DNA of 63,423 nucleotides, counting the filler, from Octopus bimaculoides (taxonomy: Eukaryota): the NCBI RefSeq assembly GCF_001194135.2. It is 7 parts of 7 records of this genome, joined end to end, with 100 filler letters (N's around TTAATTAATTAA, not from the genome) between each part and the next. Parts side by side here need not be neighbours in the genome. Positions count along the whole stretch, not along the records: positions 20,421 to 38,670 come from NC_068985.1; positions 38,771 to 55,205 come from NC_068993.1; 5 more parts are not named here. The stretch is one strand, 5' to 3'. Of this stretch, positions 37,731 to 52,040 are shown piece after piece. The number at the start of each line of letters is the position of its first letter. Positions within the stretch are counted from its first letter, which is position 1. A program made the translations under genes and the position numbers. The notes beneath the pieces were generated by a model that was not told where the DNA came from, did not search any database, and saw only the letters and a program-made list of their open reading frames with translations.

Positions 37731-39229
37731 CACAAACACTCATTTATACACACACACTGTGTATGTGTGTGCACTTGCGCGCGTGCGTGTGTTCGTGTGT
37801 AGGTGTATGTGTATGTGTTTGTTGACAATCGCGATCGAAATATATTATTTGAAGTTCAGATACACTGGTGCAAATTTCTGGAAAGAATAATTCAATTCAT
37901 TATGGCGAGTGAGTTAAGAAAAAAATTGGTACATATCTCAATGCAATTTCCACGAGACTATAGTCGCCAGAATTTTCATCGTAGATCGTTATTGTATTAA
38001 ATTTAATGCTTCATAGCGCACATATACAAGCAATAGCGTCACGCATGTGATAAACATTCTGAGAGAGAAATGATTAAATTGTATGTTCGGTTAACCTTCT
38101 AGCATTACTGTAGTCAATGCACTCGTCCTTGTGTGTAGTGAGAATAATTTTCTATTGAGAAACGAAGAATATGTAGTGTATAAAGTTTTGTGTTTTATAC
38201 ACAACAAATGAGAGTGAAGTGAAAGAGTTAACAAATGGACAGATTGCATTCTTTCTCATGGTGTACGGCCATGTTCCTTTCGAAATATGACAAGGACACG
38301 ACGCTTCTACAGCTTAGCTGACATACAATGTTTGCAAAATGTATGTAGTCATTGAAAGAACACGTGTAAACTAATTAACTTTGCAAATGTTTTTCTATTT
38401 TATTGTATTTGAATTGCTTAATGAAAAAATAAGTAAGTTGCTATTTAATGACTTTCATACCATCATTGGTAAATGTGTACATAGCTTAAGATATATCACA
38501 AAGACTGAAGTATCTTCCGGATATTACCACAGACACACACACGCACACACACACACACACACACACCCACACACACAAAGACGCGCGCTAATCTATATAA
38601 ATATATATCTCACTCTCTTTCTCTTCCTCTCTTTCGCCCCCCCATACCCACCTTCCCCCTCTTTCTCCCCNNNNNNNNNNNNNNNNNNNNNNNNNNNNNN
38701 NNNNNNNNNNNNNNTTAATTAATTAANNNNNNNNNNNNNNNNNNNNNNNNNNNNNNNNNNNNNNNNNNNNCATACATATATATATATACATACATATATA
38801 TATATATACATATATATATATACATACATATATATATATACATATATATATACATATATACACACACATATATATATATACATATAAATATATTCGTACA
38901 TATATATATAACTATTTATATGTGTATATAAATATATACATACATACACACACACATATATATGTATGTATCTTATCTTTTTGTATGTGTGTGTTTGTGT
39001 CTGTCTTTGTCCCACTACCATCGCTTGGCAGACAATGATAGTGTGTTTATGTCCCCGTAACTTAGCTGCACATATATACGTAATCGAAGATTTTACAAAC
39101 CTTATACGTTGTAGCAATATTTTGGTTTGTGCTTTTATACATGTTTATATCTACCTCTGCATATCTTTAATGCATCAATATTTACTGGATATAGCAGACG
39201 GTTATATACGACGCTATAGTAAAACTTCA

Positions 39230-39275
<46 letters not shown>

Positions 39276-39808
39276 TGGCAAAGATGTTTGCAAGTGGCGA
39301 ACATAAAAATATTTCATCTTACTCCTAGGAAGAACATTAAATAAATGTACAACCCAGATCTGGATAATCTAGGTCCTACGTTTCGAACTTTCCAAATTAC
39401 GTTTGTTAACGTAAATTGGATTAGTTATGTTCGGCTAGATTCACTAGACAAAGTTTCAAATGTCGCTACACCGATGCCGGTATTACTCGTCTGAACGTCT
39501 AGCCGTCAATAAACCGAGAACAGTGAAAAATTAAATATTGCAATGCATTAGTATTGCAATGCATTAGTATTGCTTCCCAGTAAAACAAAGCGCTACCATG
39601 CTAAAGTATAAATATAGGATATTGGTACAATAATGCACTACTTTACATAGTTTTAATATATTCTTTAGTATATTTTATATTGTGTTTGTCGACCGATTTC
39701 GCTTTGCTAAACATGCCATTGAAATTATTGTAATTTTGTATTTTCTTAAGAAAATTTCAGCCCATGGTGTGTGTGGAGAAATTTATGAATATATATGTAT
39801 ATATAATT

Positions 39809-39870
<62 letters not shown>

Positions 39871-40244
39871 TGTGTGTGTATATATATATCTTTATGCACA
39901 CACACACACACACACACGCACACACACACACACACATATATATNNNNNNNNNNNNNNNNNNNNNNNNNNNNNNNNNNNNNNNNNNNNNNNNNNNNNNNNN
40001 NNNNNNNNNNNNNNNNNNNNNNNNNNNNNNNNNNNNNNNNNNNNNNNNNNNNNNNNNNNNNNNNNNNNNNNNNNNNNNNNNNNNNNNNNNNNNNNNNNNN
40101 NNNNNNNNNNNNNNNNNNNNNNNNNNNNNNNNNNNNNNNNNNNNNNNNNNNNNNNNNNNNNNNNNNNNNNNNNNNNNNNNNNNNNNNNNNNNNNNNNNNN
40201 NNNNNNNNNNNNNNNNNNNNNNNNNNNNNNNNNNNNATATATAT

Positions 40245-40291
<47 letters not shown>

Positions 40292-40292
40292 G
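39809..40292. repeat. (GATA)n arrays on both sides of a gap, with (CA)n and (AT)n
   Basis: Direct reading. Confidence 0.9.
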
Positions 40293-41964
40293 CTATAAAC
40301 GTGCATACTATACACATTTGTTTACACTATTACTTTGACTCTACAGGTTTGTATACATTTCTGTTCAACTATGTATGTTACTGGCATTTCTCATATGCGA
40401 AACAAAATACGCAATATTTCTTTTCTTTTCGGAAGGTGCTCTTCATGACAGCTGCAATAACACAACCTCAGTTTAATAGCAGTTCGTTTTTCACTATTGT
40501 TCTACAATGTTAAGATTTGAAAATCTAGAGCGTAAAATTTGGTTTTGTTCCATCTGAGTTCATATAATAAATGTTAGTGATATGTTGACGACAATAAATT
40601 ACATAATAGATAAGATTTGAAGTAAGAGACTAAATAAAATATTTTCTATTGTAAATAGCAATTAATTAACAGAAATATTCTATTCATCTAAGTTCTCAGT
40701 TGGATTTATCAACGAATCAAATGCAGTAAATATTTGGCATCTCTATTATCTTAAAGTAATAATGATTTGTTAAATACAACAATATGGAATTGAATAGTAA
40801 TAATTCAAATCTGGAAGAATGAACTGTCATGGAGATAATATCATTTTTTTTTATTGCAAATCATAATTCTTTCAAAATATTCAGATTAAGATATTCAGAT
40901 ATAATAGGGGAATTATAATACACTTGCAGAAATAGAGGAAGAACATATCCAATAACTTGAGGCAAAACTTTTAATCCATCATTTGCGTAATCAAATTCTA
41001 ATATTTCAATCATTATTATTATTGCATCGAACAATCATTTTATGATAAACCACCAATTTCACAGATTTATAAAATGGTATATAAGACCATACATTTCTTC
41101 AGGGTTTTGTAATTTAAATTAATCTGATCGAATATGTAGGTTGTTGCATCTAGTGCAGCCATGCTTTGAAATGTTCAAGCTGTGATCAAACCATCACTCT
41201 TCGGAAATAAAATATCTACAGCATCATTCAACTTCTCCTTCCTCATGAAATAATCGGGTAATATTTGCTAGTAGTGGTGGTTATCAAGTAGACACTTGAG
41301 CGTAGGATCAAAGTTGACCGCATAGAAAATATGTGCATTGAAGTGTGAAATGAGATCCGAAACCAAAAAAGTTTGATCTTTACGTTTGTCGTGTATGTGT
41401 GTGGGTATTTATGTCTGTGTGTGCACGTTTGTCTGTGTGTATCTATGAGTATGCGTTTGTGTACACGTCTTTGCATGTAAGTGTGCACGCGTGTTTTAAG
41501 ATATTTTACTGGCACTAACTTTGGTGAAAAATTACTTTTAAGAGAAAAAATCGACAAAGGAAACATCATTGTTCATGCGGCATATTGAACGCTTCTACGT
41601 ATTTATCTCATTCAACTGGTCGATGGTTTTCCCTGACTTATTTAAGACATTTTGAATTAAATTGAAGCTTCTTGCTTGTTATTGTCTGCACTGAAACAGT
41701 TTTATTGAATTATATACCGATTTAAAGTTTTCATATGCAATGTCCATGATATAACAAAGATATATGCAGGCTAGATATTTCTGAATATTTTAAAGTAATA
41801 TTACAAATTGCAAAGAGTATCTTACATCAACTTTGTAGGCTCAGCGAATAAATAATATTAGAGTTATTATGATGCCTATGTTAAGCTTACTTTATAAAAA
41901 ACAGTTATAGTGTTGTGTTTCAATATTAATGCAAACAAGGCCATTGAGCTAGCATAATCTTTAC

Positions 41965-42380
41965 TGCGATGGAAAAATACATATCGGTGTTATGTCCGTC
42001 TTTAGGTACTGAGTTCAAATTCTGCCGAGACATACGTTGCCTTTTATTTTTCGAGGTCGATAAGATAAGTACCAGTGGATCAGTGGTATTGATGTATTCG
42101 AGTTAGCCCTTAGCCTGAAAAGACTGGTCCCGTGCCAAAATTTGAAACCAATATTTAAAAAATTAAGGATGGTGAGCTGGCAGAATCCCAACCGTGACAG
42201 TATAAATGCTTTGCTACATTTCTTCCAAATTTACGTTCTGTGTTGAAATACTGCCGGGTCGAATTTGCTTTTCATGCTTTTCGGGTCACCAAGATAAGTA
42301 ACAGTTGAGTACTGGAGTTGATATAATCAACTTACCTATCACCTAAAATTGCTGGCCTTGTGCCACGATTTGAAACAAAT
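41965..42380 (+). mobile_element. Second head-to-tail pair of family-A SINEs (about 41965-42152 and 42165-42380)
   Basis: Both end in ...gtgcca..atttgaaac; the second starts aaggatggtgagctggcagaatc. Confidence 0.8.
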
Positions 42381-43430
42381 AATCCTTACAGATGGTGTGA
42401 CAATTTTATTACTGTTTCATGGGAAATGCGTATCTAACATGTCTAAAGAGTTCATAACACATTCTTTAAGAGGGGAAAACTAATTATGCAGTATATTTTC
42501 TTAGTATGTGCTTATAGCGGATTCGTGACATCCGCAATATTTTATCCACAGATATGAAGTAGTCATATAACTTGATATCTTTCTGCTAATACAATGATAT
42601 CATTCTGTTATTAATCAGGTTTATTTAAATTATCGTAATTCTTCCTCCGAACACACCGAAACACTACTTCAGTCTACATATACATCTGGAACCTCAAATG
42701 TCATGTTACAAATCTTGTTATGTGGAAGGTTCTTGTGCGATAAGGACCATTATATTGACGGGGTAAAAGTTTCGGGATATTGTCGACGTAGTAGTCTGTT
42801 ACGTTGAGCAACTTAACAATATTGAAAACTATTAAATTCAAATGATAATTCATAAATTATTATCTATGGGCGATGATTATAAAACCGAATAAACGGATGA
42901 AGTCTAAATTATCATACACCTTCGTGATTTATTTTCTTACATTCTAGAATGTAAAATATACATTTAATCTATTACCTTTAAGAATTACTCAATAATATAT
43001 ATTATTATAATGTTTCAACAGTTCACTTCTCTTTATGCATTCTTATATATCCGCCATTCTTATATTTTGTATTTTAAATGTTATTGCTTCATTTATATTT
43101 GCTCGTACGTATTTTCAGTTCCTAAACAAAGAAAGAAATTACCAACAACTAGTAATATTTATAGGCATTGATTTGCTCTGCTTAGAATATATCTCGACCA
43201 CAATGCGCCATTGATTTTTCTTTTTCAACTGTTCCCGAGATTTTCGTAAAAATATTTAGTTGTGTCTTCTTTGGAGTATTCAGTTGATCGTTATGAATAC
43301 GTACAAAGCTGGGATTGAATTGTGATATTTATCCACCTACACTGATACGCTCACTCAATGAACACATATCCATGTACATATACATACAATTATATTCATA
43401 TACATATATTTTTGTAAAATATACATATAT

Positions 43431-43477
<47 letters not shown>

Positions 43478-44661
43478 TACATGCATATATATATATACAC
43501 ACACATATATATATATATACATCAGCATACAAGTAGAGCGGGAGTGAGAGGATGAGATAAAAATATATTACCCTGTCACTTTATGTCGTTTGATCTCACA
43601 TGTATAATTATAAATATGTTTCAGAACACTATATAATCATATAACTATTTCCAAAGCATAACACAATTGATCATAAGTATTCAGCAACGTTGGTGAATCG
43701 AAAATGATTGATATAAAGTGATATTATCATAAGTGATTGAATATCATCCTGCAAATAACAATAGTTTCATTCTTTGATATATAACTAAAGTCTATCATTC
43801 CAAACACAGCTTACACTAGTTATCTTAATATACCATAGCTTTGACTAATGCCATCCATAGATAAATTGGCTACATCTCTAATTGTATAGTTATTTGTTGT
43901 CTCTGAGTTTTTGTTTATTCATGTGTACGTGTTCGTTAATGCATGTTCCTATATATGTATTCGTTTAATGTATGGTTTCCTTCGACATTACACTGTGATA
44001 ATATAATAATGCTGCCATAATTCGGTACATCGTAATTTCATTATATTCTCTTTAAAAATGTTGATTTATAACGAACTATCGTTACAGGCCGCAAGGGACT
44101 TAGAAAATTGGAGGAATATTGGGTGGGGGAATATAACACTTTTACTGCAATTCCTTGCAATATCAGACAAGAATGGTACTATCATCAATAACAGCAAAGA
44201 CAAAAACAAACACATCATCAAATAAGTAAGCCCAAATTAAAACATGTTCTCTATAATGTTTCTACAATTAAAAAACATGAAAGTGTAAAGGGAGAATATT
44301 GATAATTTTTATTGCTTTGGATCTTCGATGTTTGCTGTCGCATATTTATTCCTTCGCATTTTTTTCTTTCTATTATACTCATGTCATTTCTTTCTTTTAA
44401 TATAGAAGCGTTTTGTGATAGCCTGTGTATTTTGTCTTTGATTCAATTTTATCGTACTGCATATTCTCATTTACATTATCAATTTTTATATAAACGCTTG
44501 GTGAAAAAAAAAAATGTATATATAACTTTATATGTGCATTAAGTTAAGTATATTTGATGTCGATTTTTAAAATGTTTTCAAAGTTTCCTCAACTATAACT
44601 AGTTTTCAAAGTTTTGTCAACAAATACAACACAAAAAAAACAACAAAAATAAGCAATAATA

Positions 44662-44692
<31 letters not shown>

Positions 44693-44920
44693 TAACAAAA
44701 ACAACAATAACAACAATGATACTCTACATATAATATTAACTGAAGAATCTTCATGAAAAAGTATTCAAATTATGAAAGAGTAAATATGCATATATTTATT
44801 TTTGCAACATCATTTTACTCCAAGCTCGTAAAAATTTAATGAGAAACCAGCTGTTACGAATTCATAATTCTGTCGTTAAAATTCGACTGACTCGTTTAAA
44901 TAAGTTGAAGGAAGAAGGAC

Positions 44921-44924
<4 letters not shown>

Positions 44925-45010
<86 letters not shown>

Positions 45011-45063
45011 CATTGTTATTATCTGTTATTACTGTTATTATTGTTGTTCTTATTATTGTTATC

Positions 45064-45115
<52 letters not shown>
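44925..45115. repeat. (ATT)n microsatellite with a degenerate flank
   Basis: Direct reading. Confidence 0.97.
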
Positions 45116-45117
<2 letters not shown>

Positions 45118-46595
45118 GTATTTACTTTAAAACCCTTTGATGTCTTATTAATAGTATGGGTTAGCTACTCTTTCACCTCACTTTGAATATGTAATTAGAA
45201 TTGATGTTTTAAAATTATATACATTAATACATTCTGTCAAAATTGAACGTCAGAGATATCTTATCGATTGATTTCAAATATTTTGTTAGTTTTGTGTGAT
45301 CGGAACTTAAGTGTGTGTTTTACACAGATAGATACAGCAAGGTGATACAATTATTGTAGATCTTTATCTATGTTACATTCGTTTTTCTTAGTCATATTTC
45401 AAAAATTTATAAGTGTGGAGATTTTTATTTTTTATCTGTACTGATAACTATTCATACTTTTCGAATAGCGCAATGTTTTTTAAATATACATATATACATA
45501 CATACACTGTCACTTACCAATGATATATAAATTTAATCGCATTGCTTTACGTATGTAAACACACAAACACCTACATACATATCTATATAGATAGATATTC
45601 TCAGACAAATATATACTTCAATATATCTACCTATATATGTATGTATATGTGTATATATAAGTATATATATATATATATATATAAGTATATATAAGTACAC
45701 ACACACACGCATATATATATATATATATATATATANNNNNNNNNNNNNNNNNNNNNNNNNNNNNNNNNNNNNNNNNNNNNNNNNNNNNNNNNNNNNNNNN
45801 NNNNNNNNNNNNNNNNNNNNNNNNNNNNNNNNNNNNNNNNNNNNNNNNNNNNNNNNNNNNNNNNNNNNNNNNNNNNNNNNNNNNNNNNNNNNNNNNNNNN
45901 NNNNNNNNNNNNNNNNNNNNNNNNNNNNNNNNNNNNNNNNNNNNNNNNNNNNNNNNNNNNNNNNNNNNNNNNNNNNNNNNNNNNNNNNNNNNNNNNNNNN
46001 NNNNNNNNNNNNNNNNNNNNNNNNNNNNNNNNNNNNNNNNNNNNNNNNNNNNNNNNNNNNNNNNNTATATATATATATATATATAGATATATATATATAT
46101 ATGTTTGTTTGTACGCATGTGTGTATGTATATGCAACATCAACTCACAAGTCTTTGGTTAGGAGGAGTCTATAGTAGAAGACTTGCTCAAGGTGCCACGC
46201 AGTGAGACTGAACCCGGAACCAAATGCTGGGAAGCAAACGTCTTAGCACACAACCTCTCCTCTTCTTCGACCAGTCTGTAATCGGTCTCCTCACTGCCAG
46301 AAGCCCACCTTATTTAGAAGCTGACAAACAACGTAACAAGTAATGAAGTAGTTCTCATTATCATTGGAATAAATTGACATTGAGAAAACCGAAGTTCTTT
46401 GTGTAAGTATACGGTTCTTGTGTCATTATATTTGTACATGTTTGCGGAGGTATACAATCCGTGTATATGTAAATGTCTTTGCGTGCATGTGTTTTTAAAA
46501 CGATTGCTTTCAGGTGCTCTTTAACATTTCTGTTTACCCATTTCATACACAGAATATGTCAATTGATTGGTGCACATCTGTTTGCCTGTCTGACT

Positions 46596-46727
46596 GTATG
46601 TATGTATGTATGTATGTATGTATGTATGTATGTATGTATGTATGGATGTATGTATATGTGTGTCTGTGTCCTTATAAATATGCGTTTACATATATATGCA
46701 TATACATGAGAGAGAGAGAGAGAGAGA

Positions 46728-46782
<55 letters not shown>

Positions 46783-46785
46783 CAG
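46596..46785. repeat. (TATG)n and (GA)n microsatellites
   Basis: Direct reading. Confidence 0.95.
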
Positions 46786-47357
46786 AGATTTATATATAAA
46801 ATTGTTTACTTTGAAGCGCAGTATTCAGGTATGGTGATTGTTTCGGAAGAGAAATTCTCTTTACTGCCAGCATATGTGAAACCGACGAAATTTTGCTTTG
46901 AATGATGTCATTAGACAGAGACAGTAGGCTATATGTTCCAGTTTAATTACTCCCCATCAGCTATAGGCAACTATTCCTTGTTCATAGCTCACCAAGAAAG
47001 GTGTTCTGATAAGTAAACAGGAAATAACAAATTGGTTGGCCATTGGTAAGTCTTGTAAATCGGGCATTAATTAATTTATGGAGTTACTAATTTGTGATGA
47101 TTAAAATAAAACTATTTACATTTAAATTTAACTCGTTTGTGTATACATAAACGTGCATAGGCTGCCGTTTGTTGCTTTGTCTATCTCGGAAGTAAAATTC
47201 TCCTAATAGACCGAGTATGTGAAGATACACCAAACTGCGCGGTGAATGACGTCACTGGTTTCAAATATATATTGGTTTACTATGATTTCCTGAAATATCT
47301 TAGAGACAATACCCAGTATGGCAATAATGTTATGACTCAAATAAATAAGAGCATAAG

Positions 47358-47835
47358 TTTGGCATTCCGTCGGTTATGAATACAAGATTTCCAGTTGATC
47401 CGATTAACGGAACAGCCTGCTCGTAAAATTAACGTGCATGCGACTAAGCACTCCACGGACACGTGTTTCCCTTAACGTAGTTCTCGGCGAGATTCAGCGT
47501 GACACAGAGTGTGTGATAAGGCTGGCCCCTTTGAAATACAGGTACAACAGAAACAGGAAGAAAGAGTGAGAGAACAAAAGAAACAGGAGGAAAGAGTGGC
47601 GAAAGAGTACAGCAGAGATTGCCATCACCCCCTGCCGGAACCTCGTGGGGCTTTAGGTGTTTTTGTTCAATAAACACTTACAACGACTGCGAGTCCGTTG
47701 CCTTAACCACTGGGACATTGCACCGCCACTTGAGATATAGTGTCTTGCTCAAGGTCATAACGCTTTACCTGGAATTGATCTCAGGACCTTACGATCGTGA
47801 GCCGAACACCCTAAACACTAAGCCATGTACCTTCA
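47358..47835 (-). mobile_element. Family-B SINE body plus tRNA-like head(s)
   Basis: Homologous to 5893-6209; minus-strand head TGGCTTAGTGTTTAGGG...GAGATCAATTCC. Confidence 0.85.
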
Positions 47836-47973
47836 TTAGTATACGTCTACAACGAAAATGGCAGCTGCACATATATTTCAAAGAATTTGGAACCCTTCTT
47901 GTAAAAGCTGCCGGATGTTACATACTAATATTCTATTGAATTTTTCTGATGAATTGGTACGACGTCAGTAATG

Positions 47974-48007
47974 GTATATGTAGCTCGTTTCCATCTTCAG
48001 CATATAC
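47974..48007 (-). ncRNA. Hammerhead relic lacking stem II
   Basis: GTATATG-CTGAAGA-TG-GAAAC-GAG-CTA^CATATAC: perfect 7-bp stem I and both conserved core segments. Confidence 0.55.
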
Positions 48008-49789
48008 TTAGAAGTTACCTTTCTAATTATCAAATCATAATTACGAGTTTTTCGTTTCATTTGTTTTATCATATTAATATCTAAACCTTCTTATTGTTGC
48101 TTATAACAGGGATACAAATGTTCTCAAAGAGATTATATTCTTATTTAAAAACTCTTCTTTATTGACATGAAAATTACTGTCCTCCTTTTGATTTTTGTCT
48201 ATTCGGTATGTATCACAATAACTTATGAAACCGTTAGCCAACAACAAAATTACAATAATCTAGCATTATAGAAGGTTCACAGCCAACAAATACATTGATG
48301 TCATGTTCCTAACTTTTAGCCCATTGATCCAAACCATGCATATTATCCCCAGATAGTCTATCCTGTCTAATGTTGAAAGCGGTTAGGTTCGTACTATCAC
48401 ATCTACCCTACTACATTCTAAAAATAAATCACATCATAAAAATCTTGAAGTGATCAGGAAATGAACGATGAATTCAAAACAATGTCATTAATAAACATTA
48501 CATTTGAGAGAGTAATCTGTATCCTTAAGAGTTAATTGCACTGCAATCTTCTGTAGAGTTATAGTTGATGAATAATCGATCTTTACCTCAATATTGGTTT
48601 TGAAATACTTTCTCTTCAATTTATTATTGAGGAAGGCCATTAAAGAATTATGACCGACTGTTCCTTTCTGATCTTCAAATATCCTCCAGTTACCTGCAAC
48701 TCAGATTCGAAAGACGTCGTTTGTCTTACGTCCACTCGGTACACTTTATTGCGACATTGTTACGAAAAATGCAGTTTACACTGTTAATTCTGAATATTAA
48801 CAGTTATTTGTTTCATGTTTTTGTATTGAACATTCCAAAATTTTGTAACGATGAAAAAATCTATAGAGCATTACGGAGCATTAAACGATGATATTCTGTT
48901 ATATAAATGTTATCGTTTTATAGTATTTTATAATGATGTTCGATTGTCTTCCACTTTTTGCATTGTTATAGATATACTATCACTCGTTTTGTATAGAATA
49001 ACCTCTAAATGGAGTCACCCTGTTATCTACCATATCTCCCGTTTAGGTTTTTCCCATTAAAGTTATAGAATATTACTTTTGTTCATTTTATTCTAAGTAT
49101 TTATTGATAGAATTCTGTTCTTTCCTTATTATTACCAGGCTAACGATTCGTTGGTATCTTTACGGTTTCTTTTTAATAATATAAGTGCGCATGATACATA
49201 TTTTTTTTTACTATTTTTCTAAAGTAATTGTATTAGTAATACAGTTCTTCCTTCATTTCATATATATTTATCTAATCGTTTCTAAAATCTTATACGCTGT
49301 AACGTCTTTTCTTTATTCTACCTAATCTCTACATATGTAACAGCTATACTAAAAACACTAAAAAACGCCCGATTATTATAAATATTTCAAATTGTTATCA
49401 GATTTTGCTGATATTTATGCAGGGAAGATACTTTGTTATTGAATAATAATAGTTTATGAGAGCTCCAATCTATTCTCGACAATAGAGCATCAACAAATCA
49501 TACAACGTACATTCTACTGGTTCTACACATTAATAAAACTCAACTCCTATACCAAACACAAAGGAAGACACGATATACGAAACAGAAAGACAAACACATA
49601 CCAAACATTAGTCAAACACTTTATACATTACATTACGTATATTTTACACAACAAAAGAGTTCTAAAAATATATATTTTAGAAAATAATCACTAGAAAAAC
49701 TAAAAATAAATTATGTACGATAGAAACACAATTGTACATCCCAAAACATAATGCTGCACAAATTCAAGAGACCCAAACGTATGCCTGTT

Positions 49790-50975
49790 TTTTGAGAGGC
49801 TTGAAATTGTGAGAGAGGGGCCAGTCTATAACGTCAACCCTAATTCCTAACTGGTACTTATTTCATCGATGAAAGAAGAGTACTTACTTCAGGATTAAAG
49901 ACAGAGTGAACTGTGGCAAAATTTGAACTCACACGCTCTCATTCAATAGCAGGCTCTAACTCTCATCGAAGTATTATGTATATGTTTGTCTTTGTATAAA
50001 AAGAAAGGCTACAGGAAATATTTGTTTGTCAGTTGCCTGACCTTAACCAGTTGAACATGTCCCTGGTAGCTGACGCTATGTATATCTATGACCACGAGTA
50101 GAATTAGTGGGGGTGCTTATAGCCATGTGTTGAGAGGAATTCATTGGGGTTTGAATAATTCACCTCTAGAAACGGGTGTTCCGTTGAATTTCCTTAAACA
50201 ACCTTTATTATTGTTTAAGGAAGGGACCTTTTGAGCGAGATGGGCTACTCAACCAGATGAAAATATTAACAGGGCCCGCACCTGCGAGGACATGCACTGT
50301 TTATCTCGATATGTATCACTATGTTCCTTTCATCCTTTCGGGGTCGGTGAAGTAATTGCCAGTTGTGATCGTCTTGCTCCATTCTCAAATTTTTAAGCCT
50401 CGTGACTAAATTTGAAACCATTCTTATACATTAGTAAAACATTTTAGGATAATTGAAATTTCCTTTAAAATGAAATTAGATACTTCTATATGGGTAAAGC
50501 CTTTGGCAGCTATCTGATTAAACATGACGAAAATATAAATATATCTACAGAAATATTAAAACCCATTACGTACATACATATTCCTGGTTTATAATGCAAC
50601 AGAAATGTATAAGGTTTGAACAAAAGTTTGTGGAAATTGGTTTCCAGAAACCAACATTTCTGCTTACCATGCTTGGGTTACCGTCAATTGTAGCTGAAGG
50701 TATTTCTAACAATACTTTACAAAATATTATAGCAAATTTTGGCTTGCTTTGAAGCATAATCTCTCAATACATTGCTTTCATATTTTGACATAAGGCCAGT
50801 ATGTTTGAGGAGGGGTTATGTCGAGTTAACTTACCTCAGTCTGGTATTTATTTTATCGAATCCAAAAGGAGGACGAAATGGAATGCCAACCCTGGAATTT
50901 GAATGTAAAAGCGGTCGAAACTCGACTAAACCTTTTGCCTGGGGCGCTAATTATCCTGCCGAATCACCGCCTTAT
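49790..50975. mobile_element. Cluster of SINE/LINE-tail fragments (family A at 49790-49935 -, 50325-50422 +, 50780-50975 -; family F at about 50000-50325 +)
   Basis: Similarity by eye to 31640-32096 and to 63072-63227 (catgcactgtttatct.gata). Confidence 0.7.
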
Positions 50976-51939
50976 TTCTTTGAATACATTAACTCATTGT
51001 AAATACTCCTTCATGATAATAACGTGCTATGTTTACAATATAAATATAAAGAAGTTGTTTAAGTGTTTTTGTTTTTCTTCTTTTATGCTAGCATCCATTT
51101 TACACTTCTCTCTTTACCAATATTTTATGTGTATTGTTAACTCTCTCGCTTCCTTTATAATAGTATAATTATTGTGAATTGAATAAAATAAAGTGGCGCA
51201 GATTTTTCAAAATCTTCTTAAACATAAATCTTCAAAGCGAGTGGATATTCCTTTCTTCAAATTAAACGGAAAATACTATAGCTAAAAGCTAAGAAACGGC
51301 TTGCCAAAACTTCAAATAAGTTCTTTAGTTGCGATTGTTTCCGATATACAACATCAGTTGCACACGCTTACATGATTTGACACTTGCATGGACTTAGAAA
51401 ATGAACCCGGGGAAAATCTACGCGCTTCATTGTCAGGAAAATATCGCTCTTGCGAGTAATAAATTTTAGTAGGCCTTGTGTGAAGAGCAAATTTGGAATG
51501 CACGTCGTCTTTGACACATACATATACACATTCACATAGAGGTAACCAGGTTTGAACATCGTAAAATAGCTTTTAAAAATGGCAAGCACTATACAACGAA
51601 TGAATTTGGTGTCGTTGTTTCTGTTAATGATACTGCATAGACCAATCAACATTTTCCCTCGTCAGCAACGAACATTCATTGATAAACGTTCAATATTTGC
51701 TTTCGCGTATACAATAATTTTGACGACATTTGAAGATAAAATAAAATATATATTTTTGAATGCACTGAATAATACATGCGCTACCATGTTTATCAGGTTA
51801 GACAACCATGTAGTAGTTACACCTTTTCTTTTCTGGTTTGGGATGTTTCGTGGACTCATCAATGCGCCTGGCTAAAACTATTTCAATTTGACAGCTACTT
51901 CAGCGTTTGCATAAACCATAAAATTTATCGCAATTAAAT

Positions 51940-51970
<31 letters not shown>

Positions 51971-52040
51971 CATACACACACACACACACACATACACACA
52001 CACACATGCATAAATCCACACACTATTTTATTCTCTCTGT

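Noticed and set aside
50551-50699. Open frame ...MQQKCIRFEQKFVEIGFQKPTFLLTMLGLPSIVAE between AG and GT
   Set aside because: No polypyrimidine tract, no recognisable homology and no partner exon.
51840-51866. TTGATGA-GTCCAC-GAAAC-ATC on the minus strand
   Set aside because: Stem I does not pair and stem II is only 2 bp.
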